DNA of 64,000 nucleotides from positions 186,001-250,000 of the forward strand of contig JBDOQK010000009.1 in NCBI GenBank assembly GCA_040437565.1, in the 5' to 3' direction. This stretch comes from Albugo candida. Lineage: Eukaryota. A program made the position numbers and the translations under genes. The notes beneath the pieces were generated by a model. The model was not told the DNA's origin. It saw only the letters and a list, made by a program, of their open reading frames with translations, and ran no database searches. Shown here piece by piece: positions 36,011 to 46,049 of this stretch. Numbering within the stretch: position 1 is the stretch's first letter; every line of letters starts with the position of its first letter.

Positions 36011-38374
36011 CTACAAGTCTTCTTTACATTCTTTAGACAGCGATGCTATCTCTTCGAGATCGCTAGGCCAAAAATAAGCTTTTGTTGTTTGCTCCATGGG
36101 TAGATCTGGTAGAATTTCGGTATCGGGCATTTCGCTACTGATCGGCAATACAGGATTTGTGAGTAATTTTTCTTGCTTGAAATCGTAATAACCGCATCGA
36201 AACCACGGAAATTGAGTCATCTCGGATAAAACGCTATCGTCGCTTTGCAAAAGTTTGGCGGCAAGCTCACTCGAGCGTTCACGAGGGAAAACATTTAGTC
36301 GTCTTACATGTTCCATCTTTTTCTGAATGTCCGCACAAGTTTGAGACCAGTGCTTCATCCATCGACTTCGACATTGTTGCATGAAAAATGCATCAACGCG
36401 TTCCCATTGAGGTGCTGGGTTCTCGTTGTAAGGGGTAAAAATGTCAGCCAATTTGGGTATAGGAGCAAGGTCCACAAGCAAAGATTTTGCTGATTCGTCA
36501 GGAGGTGGAATAATCAAATCAAGTTGCTCGTTGTAAAAGGATGAAGCGTAAGGGTTCATACTGAAATGGCTGCGAGATGGATGCAAGTAATCAATTTCGA
36601 TGAGATCGAGCAGTAAATCCTTTTTCATAGGGAGCCAGGGGGCTCGAGTGTCAGTAATCCAAAAATACGCAGGATCGAATAATATCCCTGTCGCGACGTG
36701 ACCATCAGACAGCAAACGACGCCATTGTCCATCAATTTGCACTCGCTTATGCTTCAGATGATTGTGACGGACGTCTCGACTTCGCTCATAGTGACTAAAG
36801 AATATTTTGTCAGGATGATCATCCGGCCAATCTTCATACTTTGGCAAAATTAACCAATGCTGACGCTCCCAGTGTGCAATCACAGAGCTTATTTCATTCA
36901 CAAGTTGAGCGTTTGACTGCAAAAATGACCGAAGTCGATCGCCTGTCTTTGATAAATCGATCATCTGATAAATGGGAGAGTCTTTTCGACACTCCAGCCA
37001 AGGTTCCGCACACAATACTTGCAGCAAATTTTCTACCGTCACGTATCGATTCGTGCGAAGTTTTACTTGATAACGGAGGCGAAGGTTGTTGTTGTTCTGA
37101 GCATATTGAAGGGAATTGACGGGGAATCTTGAGTAGTATTCCAGTACGGCAGTTCGATACTCATCATCGTTGAGGACATTGCCGGCATCTCTCGGTAGTG
37201 CTGTCGCTTTTTGTTTAACGCGGCTTTTTTTCACTTTAAAATTATCGGGTCGGTGATTTTTATTCGACTTCTGATCGCACAAGTGCTCATCGGTGTCGGC
37301 TGATCTTGCATTTTTGTCGTTATCAAATGAAGTACTGACTCCAGAAATGAGGCCATCTAGTCGCTTGTTCTTTTTCGCCCTTGGTTTCGTGATTTCTTTC
37401 GTCAGAGCTCTCTTCAAGCCTTTTTCGGACACCTCTTCCTTGCTATCTGTCAAACTTCGACTTCCATGTAGCCATTTCCGAGGTTGATAACTTCCATTTC
37501 GTTTGATAGTAAGCTTCTCATTGCCCTTCATGCCACATTGGGAAGTAGCCGCAGCGGGTAACGTACCGCTTTTATCCGTTCCTATACTTCTATAGAAGCT
37601 CGGCTCTTGCTTCTGGTTGCTCTCTATCAAATGATCATCCAGACGATGGATCGAGCCATGCTGTGCGCCCAATTCGAAATATGTATACTGCCTTGTATTG
37701 CTTTTATTCTCCATCACTGAAGCTGTGATACCCACATCGGTTACACCCATTTTCAAATGCGAGCTCGAGTCGGAATAGGGGAAAGCTTTCAATTTTTTGG
37801 TCTCGTTGGACGAATCCCAAACACCGTACTGGTTGTCCCTTTTGGCGTTCACAGATCGAATACATGATAGTACCAAACTTTGTAATGTTTGCTTGTATTC
37901 AAAATGTGTGCCTGTGAAAAATGAAAGTACGATTTCAGCACAAATTTGTCCAAAACGAATTGTCGACGAGAAAAACATTCCTTCTGCGTCCGTTTCAATC
38001 ATATTCGTTTGTAAAATCTCATTGAAATACGACGCTAAGTCTTCTTTTCTGAATTGTATATTGCTTTCAATCTTTTGATTGTCAATTTGCGGATATTTTT
38101 GGTCAGGTATTGGATCTGTTGGTGTTGGCAGAGAATTTGATTGTAGCTTCTTGATCACAATCTGAAGTCTATTATTTTCTTGAAGTAATTGATTATTTGT
38201 CTCTTGCAGTGTAGTAAACGCCGTCATGGTCTGATTTACAATGCTCATGGACTGCGAGCATTTTGACAATTGATAGTTTCCCTTATTAATGACATCCTGT
38301 AAATCATGTACAGTATCACCTAAATTGCTACGTAGTATGTGCATGTCCCTTTCGATACTACGCGGTTGCGACAT
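36011..38374 (-). CDS. Uncharacterised 787-aa protein (N-terminal coiled coil, basic low-complexity middle, Trp-rich C-terminal domain)
   Basis: Single intronless 2364-nt ORF with ATG start; intact homologue of three pseudogene copies in this window. Confidence 0.85.
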   Translation of the reverse strand: MSQPRSIERDMHILRSNLGDTVHDLQDVINKGNYQLSKCSQSMSIVNQTMTAFTTLQETNNQLLQENNRLQIVIKKLQSNSLPTPTDPIPDQKYPQIDNQKIESNIQFRKEDLASYFNEILQTNMIETDAEGMFFSSTIRFGQICAEIVLSFFTGTHFEYKQTLQSLVLSCIRSVNAKRDNQYGVWDSSNETKKLKAFPYSDSSSHLKMGVTDVGITASVMENKSNTRQYTYFELGAQHGSIHRLDDHLIESNQKQEPSFYRSIGTDKSGTLPAAATSQCGMKGNEKLTIKRNGSYQPRKWLHGSRSLTDSKEEVSEKGLKRALTKEITKPRAKKNKRLDGLISGVSTSFDNDKNARSADTDEHLCDQKSNKNHRPDNFKVKKSRVKQKATALPRDAGNVLNDDEYRTAVLEYYSRFPVNSLQYAQNNNNLRLRYQVKLRTNRYVTVENLLQVLCAEPWLECRKDSPIYQMIDLSKTGDRLRSFLQSNAQLVNEISSVIAHWERQHWLILPKYEDWPDDHPDKIFFSHYERSRDVRHNHLKHKRVQIDGQWRRLLSDGHVATGILFDPAYFWITDTRAPWLPMKKDLLLDLIEIDYLHPSRSHFSMNPYASSFYNEQLDLIIPPPDESAKSLLVDLAPIPKLADIFTPYNENPAPQWERVDAFFMQQCRSRWMKHWSQTCADIQKKMEHVRRLNVFPRERSSELAAKLLQSDDSVLSEMTQFPWFRCGYYDFKQEKLLTNPVLPISSEMPDTEILPDLPMEQTTKAYFWPSDLEEIASLSKECKEDL

Positions 38375-38532
38375 TACAACGAGTCAATTTGGATATGTTG
38401 TAAGTAGCGGACCGCCGCCGATAGAACAAATTGTTGGTGATCGAATACTATTTTTTCTTCGTTAGATCACGTTAAGCAATCAATTCATTTGCACAGTGTA
38501 TCAATGCCAACAGGTCCAACGTCTAAAGATCC

Positions 38533-39320
38533 ATGAAAAAGTCTTTCGGATTGAAGTTCTTTTTTCTTGCGCTGTGCGCACAGTTGACTGAAGCATGCAA
38601 GATTGCAGGATCGGACACAGGAATATGTACCGATCCTTCTGATTTCGATATACTTCTTCCATTTTGCAAAGTTGTTGTACAGTACAGAGCTTGTTTGCCG
38701 CGCTACCAAGCGCTTTGGTATAATCATACACCCATTCTCAAAGACACATACGTTGCACAGATGCACAAGAAACTTGTGGGATTGCGCAAATTGCACGAAT
38801 CGAATAAAACCTTTCATAAATTGCATTCTGATGAGTGGGATGCCGGCACTAATTCCATCGTAAATCGATTCTCGGATAACCCAGACTGCGTCAACGCGTT
38901 TCGGAATTACTTTTGTTGGATGAGCTTTCCACGTTGTGACACTGATGGAAGTAGTCTTCCGCTTTGTCGCAGTGTTTGTGAAAACTTTTTTTTAGCTTGC
39001 AAACAATCCAAAGATCTCTGGCGATGTGGCGACACGGCTTTTGTGAATGGCTACAAGCCTGAAAAAAGTACACAGTTGACTGTAAGTGCACGCTGCTCTA
39101 AAAGACATCCTTCAATGATCGCACTTTTATATAGAGCAAAAATATCGTTCATTACCGAGCATTGTTTCCGGGATCCCCCTTCGAAAATAATGCATTTGAC
39201 CCCAAAACGAAAAAGCCACTTGTTGTATGCACTCCAAGTATCGAGAATGCTGCAAGCTCCAGGCATCCGCGTGTGATATGGATTCTTGGGATGTTATCAG
39301 TACTTATATGGGCAGGATAG
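38533..39320 (+). CDS. Secreted, probably GPI-anchored Cys-rich protein with Frizzled-CRD/Mid1-like domain
   Basis: Signal peptide; DCVNAFRNYFCWMSFPRC..LPLCRSVCENFFLAC. Intron 39082-39134 (GTAAGT..ATAG) gives the C-terminus ..CTPSIENAASSRHPRVIWILGMLSVLIWAG*. Confidence 0.75.
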
Positions 39321-39340
39321 ACAAATGAGCTGATTGATGA

Positions 39341-42300
39341 TTAACCTCTCAGTGCAGTGACCGGACGAAGTGCTAAATCAACTGTAATGCCTTCGACGCT
39401 CGGGTCAAGTGCATGACGATGCATCGCTTTGGAAGCATGCATCACTTGGCCATCATTTATGCACAATACATCTTGTTCGTCCTGCCCACAGTAAAACACT
39501 TTACGCTTCTCGGGCTCGACAATTTGCTTCAAAGTCGTGAAGAAAATGGGCTGTCCAAAGTCATCAGCAACTTGATATTTCGTTTTCGTTGGCATCTTGC
39601 TGCTATAATGACGAGCCATCTGAGGAGCTCCTGTTGATGGTGCGCTTTTCAAGGTCCCAAAGTAAATGAGCAAATCGTCCATATACATCGACACAACCTT
39701 TACTCCTCTCTCGATTGTTTTTGAGTAATTCCAGATTTTTACCATTGAGATCGTTATTGGTTCATCGTATACCACATAGATCATATTCGTATCTGAATTT
39801 TTTCCGAGTGAGGAAGCCAAAGGTGCAAGCCACGCATCCTGAGCTTCCCACGTGTTGTTACGACCATTGAAGAGATTTTTTGGAATACGGTCGTCACGTT
39901 CATCATCTTCAGGCTGAATCTCAGTGACGCTATATGGCTTGGCCGTCACCAATTTAGGCCGTGAGGATATTATCTTTCCATCTGGACCATATATCTCCAT
40001 TCCGTTCAATCCTAGATAGTATGGATCTCCCCATGTTGTGTGACATACGATTTTCAGTATCAGTCCTTGTGGGTGATATGTAGGCTCGTAGTCTTGACGA
40101 ATGAATGGGCTCTTGTAAGGATGTAGCCAGGATGGATCGATACCTTTCTTAAGGTCATTAATTGCGCCCATGATGCTGTACTGCTGGTCTTGAAAGCGAT
40201 GAAAACATATTGTTTGATCGAATTCTACCTGTGCGTTTCCCGGTGCCTTACGAGCTAGTATACAGCCTCTTCTTCCTTGATGTTCTTTTACATGAGAAGC
40301 TGTTTCCACCCATTTACCGTCAATTGAGATCCTCATCTCTTTCACTCCTCGGAAAGAATCGTCCACGCTCTTGTTGTAGTTCCATATTCGAAGACCAAAT
40401 AAGGACTCGATTTCTGGCAGATATATGCTTAGTGTGGGTAGCGCTTCCAAGGAGTAGGGCACGAGCCACATGTGAGCGTCATCGGTTGTGTGTGCGACTC
40501 CATCGATCACCTACAGAGTTAATCTATGATAAATGATAGCAAAGAGTAGCAACAAGCGAACCTTGTCAAGTGTCCTTGGATCACCAAAGTGTCCAATCTA
40601 GGAGAGAATGATGAGAAAATTACGAGAAAATGAATGAGCGTTTACCGACTCGAGATCACGAGGCTTGGCATCAAGATGATGGATATCTAGAGGGTAAACA
40701 ACGCGCTGCGAGCCGATCAGTAGCTCTATTTGAGTCAATCCGACATAATTACGATCGCCCCACGTGCTGATCAAATGAATGGAGATATGCTGACCGCATA
40801 AAACATCTGCTTGATTGATTTCTGCGGTGATTTGAGATGAGTTTCCACAATATCCTTTACTGCTTTCCGATCCTACGCTTCCCGCTTTAGTCGTCGGCCG
40901 ACCATAATTTTTTGATACTTTGGCCTCATCGATACATTTCTCCGTAGTCGGTATTCTGATGGGTGCTATTTCTTGTAAAGACTCCAGTTCTGATGTTGTC
41001 TTCTTGTGGGATGTTCTTGGTCGGCTACCAGACGTATCATCGGGATGCACGGGAACATAAGCAACGTCCTCTTCCCTTAATTTCCATGTTTTATCACGTT
41101 GGCGAATCGTTTCTACTACTTTCTTCTCTTTCGTGAATACAATTTCTTCGTAGCAATTTTCTAGTTCGCTAGGGCACATAACCCCTGGAGCCTTGCGAAT
41201 ATCTCCTTGGAATATGTTTTGAGATGTTGGCTTGGAAGCAGTTGCTTTATCGTATGACAATAGCGATATCCTTATGTGACGCACCCCTCGCGTACTATGT
41301 GCTCTTGACTTGTTATAATTCCATATTCGCATCATGGAAATGGTATGTAATTGACTCATTTCAAGCCTTACAGTATTTGGCTTCCTTTCTTCCTCGATAG
41401 GACCGATGAATGGAGCAAGCCACATATTACGATCATCGCACGTATAATTATTACCGTCCACAATGTTTGCAGGCACACGTGGATCGTTATGATATTCTTG
41501 CAAGTCATTGATACTGGAGGGGCAGGCCGAAACCTCGATTAAATCGGAAATCGTATGCCCTTCCTCATCAAAAATCTCGATACCATTGAGTCCGACATAG
41601 TGCGGGTCTCCCCAAGTGCTAAATATTTCCAAGTAAAGGACTTTGCCACGGTATCTGCTTTCAAAGCCGATGGGTTGATGAACATTGGGAGCTGGGGGAC
41701 AGAGAATATTCGCTGATGACAGAGCGTCTTGATGGCGATTCTTTACACAATCTAACAAAACACTAGCGCTGGATGTAGTTGATGCAAATTTATGCAAGGC
41801 TTCTCTGCTCTGGCTCCTCGGATGATCGATGATTTTCGATCTATCGTTTAATTCAAAGTTCTCTAGGCTGTCCACAACATCTTTTAGACCACCTTCTGAT
41901 AACCGCATAGCTGTAGTCGATCGATTGACCTCTGATGTGATACCATTTTGGAATTCCTTCTCTTTTCGCACAGATAATCCTTGTCGTCGGACTCTTCTTG
42001 TCTGTTCTACACCAGTGCTCGACTCTTCTCTATTTCTCTTCGACTCGTCTTCCAACACAGTTTTTTTAGGCATGTTTTCGATCAGTAATTCTTTGTCTAG
42101 CCAAGCTGGAAGCCTTTTTGGTGTCTCTGCTTTCGAGATGTCCGGAATTCTCAACGATGGGATAAGAAGCTTTTCACTGTTCTCCCTAGCACTTCGTGGA
42201 GCCCACGTTGATTCCTTATCTTCTCTTACTATATCTAGTCGAGCCGTTTTTGCTTGACTGAAAACGCCCGAAGTCTGGTCCTCACCTCGGATGGTACGAG

Positions 42301-44095
42301 TAGCCAAAGATACTTCACAGCACAAATTCTCATGATTCTCGTTGTTCAAATTCGGTTCCGATAACGATCCCGTCCAGACGCACTTTTTTTGAAAGAATAC
42401 TTCAATATCTCTGGTAGCGACAGAATGATCTTTAAAATTGGAAATTCTCAGCAATGTCGGACGATACAACGAACAAACATGGAAGCTAATTTGTAAGCCT
42501 CCCGATTTTTCCGATATTCTACCTTTCCATCCTCTTCTTTCCGATGCATTGACATCCTCCAGATTTTTTCTGCAGTCCGGGAAAAGAGATGCTACTGTTC
42601 GTACCATCTCGAGTGAACGAGGTAGCGCGGGAGCCGTGTCTTCCAAGAGCATTTGGTCCGAAATCCGGATACGATCAAAATCGACTTGGAGCGCATTGTT
42701 TGTCTCGTCAAAAATTTGTATCGCGTGTAGGCCAACCGCACGAGTAGAATTCCATGACGATAAGATATTAACTCGAAAGTCGAAAGTTGGTTCACCTTCC
42801 GCGTAACATGAGCTCAATTTCCCCAAAAATGGCGTCGATGCGGAGATACTGAGAAGAGGAACTGCTCCCTTGGGTTCTCTATCTCCTGTGTGGAATACGC
42901 TTTCGCTTTGCGACTGTAGAAGAGTTCGTGTCTGCAGCAAACTAGTTGGTTTGTAAGACTTCTCACGTAAATGTATGGCTTCTTCATCTTCCTCTCTGGC
43001 TAAATTTTGAAGAAGAGAATGCCTCCGTGCCGCTGATTCATTTTTAAGAGTATCTTCGAGCTGGATGGCTGTTTCATCTTCTCTATGTTCCCTCGGGCCT
43101 TCATACTCATCTGGTACTACCATTTCCACTACTGATGCTTTAGCATCATCTGGAAGCTTTTCCAAACCGTCATTCCCTCTACCAAGACTTCCAAAGGCAT
43201 ATTTTACGTGTTTCCAAAGCTCTGGATCTCTTCTATTGACAGAATGTCGTAATACTTCGACATCTTGATCCTTCTGCTCGCTGATGGCAAAATTTGTGAG
43301 AAATTGCTGCAGCATTTTTTGCTGTGATATTGAAAGGCCTTTGATCATATCGAATATATCCGAGGGAATCGGTGATGTTTCATTACCTGTATCTTTGTTT
43401 TCGACTGCAGCAATTGATTCATGATTTTGCATTTCTTCAATGATCGCTACCTTTCGTTCTGAATGAGCACTTCTCAAGTTATATGAACTCTGTATCTCTC
43501 CATCTAACTCATCGTTGAATTCTTCAAAGGAATCTTCAAGATATTCTTCTTCAGATGAAGCAATCTTCTCCGTAATTTCGTGCTTCTCGACTTGTGCAGG
43601 GGATATAAAGCAAAACCGTGCACCTTTCTTACCTTTTTGTGTCTCAAATGTGGCGATAGCGTTATCAGCAGGTTTTACCCATTTTCCACGTGGTTGGAAA
43701 GTACTATTCGGTGCTGATTTGGCTTCATTATAAGAAGTTGGATGTAGCTCCTTCTTGTGTTGCATTGATCCGGCAGATCGATTATGTCGCTTGGACTTTT
43801 TCGCAATCGCTGTATTCTCAGTACAAACTTTTCGAGGTACGTTGAATGTGGTAGTAAATGCTTCCTCTCGTTGGATCATTTCTTTATCTTTTTGCAGACG
43901 TTGTGTATTCAGCTTCTTGCGTAGTCGATTGCGCTCTTCTAGTATCTTTATATACTGACGTTGCTTCTCCAGAACAGGATCGGTATCATGAAGATTCATA
44001 GCTGAATCATTATCATTTGACATAGGATAGTTGGTACTGTTTTTGAATAGTGGACGCGAAATCTTGCAATCTTTCCAGCGCTTTCGTTCTCCCAT
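39341..44095 (-). CDS. KATNIP: Katanin-interacting protein (KIAA0556, DUF4457 repeats)
   Basis: Repeated S/TTWGD.(H/Y)YVGL.GIEI and RIWNYNKS motifs. Introns 40598-40645 and 40511-40561 flank a 36-nt exon (IGHFGDPRTLDK). Start could be 44095 or the downstream MSNDND. Confidence 0.9.
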
Positions 44096-46049
44096 TCCAA
44101 AACTCGTCGTGACGTTTCAAGATCGCATGCACATCTGCACAGCCAATGATTCTCTTTGCACACAGTGCTTTTAGCAAATCAGAAGGCGATTCAGTGATTA
44201 AAATTGATATTTGCGCTTAGATCGACAGCATCGTGCATCATCTATACGTTGTTTGATGCACGAACCACCTGTTGTGTTATGTTCAAACATTTTGGGCCTA
44301 GTTCTTACTAACTCATACTTGACTGTACTCGACGCTGTTTGGTTCTTTCAATGCATTCCCTTTTTGCAATTTTTCTTCTCAGACTTTCCTACCTAATTTT
44401 CATCGGAAACGCCATCGCTATCGGAGGAACAAAAATCAAATTCACCTGATTTGGTCTCAGAAGGATCCATGTAATTAAACGAGAAATTGGAGAAGAGATT
44501 GTCATTAGTTGTGCTTCGTGTTGATACCGGCGTATCCACTGGCACCTCGTTCGTATTCATAAATGTGTTGTATATATCTGCGTTTTCAAATTCTTTTGCA
44601 TGGCGCTGCTTCAGTAGCTCTTGACCTTGATATGTGACCTCTTTCTTCGCAACAAGATCCCAATCCACGCCTTCGAACCATGGGTGAGCTTTTAATTCTT
44701 CAAAGCCATTTGGACCGCTTCCAAGCCGAATCACTTCATTTTTTGTCAATAATCGCGAAACGAAATCGACTGCGACACAGGAGAAGCGTGACGAGAATTT
44801 CAAATCCNNNNNNNNNNNNNNNNNNNNNNNNNNNNNNNNNNNNNNNNNNNNNNNNNNNNNNNNNNNNNNNNNNNNNNNNNNNNNNNNNNNNNNNNNNNNN
44901 NNNNNNNCAGCAGGTTTTACCCATTTTCCACGTGGTTGGAAAGTACTATTCGGTGCTGATTTGGCTTCATTATAAGAAGTTGGATGTAGCTCCTTCTTGT
45001 GTTGCATTGATCCGGCAGATCGATTATGTCGCTTGGACTTTTTCGCAATCGCTGTATTCTCAGTACATACTTTTCGAGGTACGTTGAATGTGGTAGTAAA
45101 TGCTTCCTCTCGTTGTATCATTTCTTTATCTTTTTGCAGACGTTGTGTATTCAGCTTCTTGCGTAGTCGATTGCGCTCTTCTAGTATCTTTATATACTGA
45201 CGTTGCTTCTCCAGAACAGGATCGGTATCATGAAGATTCATAGCTGAATCATTATCATTTGACATAGGATAGTTGGTACTGTTTTTGAATAGTGGACGCG
45301 AAATCTTGCAATCTTTCCAGCGCTTTCGTTCTCCCATTCCAAAACTCGTCGTGACGTTTCAAGATCGCATGCACATCTGCACAGCCAATGATTCTCTTTG
45401 CACACAGTGCTTTTAGCAAATCAGAAGGCGATTCAGTGATTAAAATTGATATTTGCGCTTAGATCGACAGCATCGTGCATCATCTATACGTTGTTTGATG
45501 CACGAACCACCTGTTGTGTTATGTTCAAACATTTTGGGCCTAGTTCTTACTAACTCATACTTGACTGTACTCGACGCTGTTTGGTTCTTTCAATGCATTC
45601 CCTTTTTGCAATTTTTCTTCTCAGACTTTCCTACCTAATTTTCATCGGAAACGCCATCGCTATCGGAGGAACAAAAATCAAATTCACCTGATTTGGTCTC
45701 AGAAGGATCCATGTAATTGAACGAGAAATTGGAGAAGAGATTGTCATTCGTTGTGCTTCGTGTTGATACCGGCGTATCCACTGGCACCTCGTTCGTATTC
45801 ATAAATGTGTTGTATATATCTGCGTTTTCAAATTCTTTTGCATGGCGCTGCTTCAGTAGCTCTTGACCTTGATATGTGACCTCTTTCTTCGCAACAAGAT
45901 CCCAATCCACGCCTTCGAACCATGGGTGAGCTTTTAATTCTTCAAAGCCATTTGGACCGCTTCCAAGCCGAATCACTTCATTTTTTGTCAATAATCGCGA
46001 AACGAAATCGACTGCGACACAGGAGAAGCGTGACGAGAATTTCAAATCC
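43666..46049. other. Assembly artefact: 1142-bp overlap duplicated either side of the 44808-44907 gap
   Basis: 43666-44807 equals 44908-46049 (offset 1242) except 4 substitutions seen; this creates the chimeric ORF 44393-45337. Confidence 0.9.

Noticed and set aside
44393-45337. Apparent KATNIP-kinase fusion ORF
   Set aside because: Reads through a 100-N gap joining overlapping contig ends.
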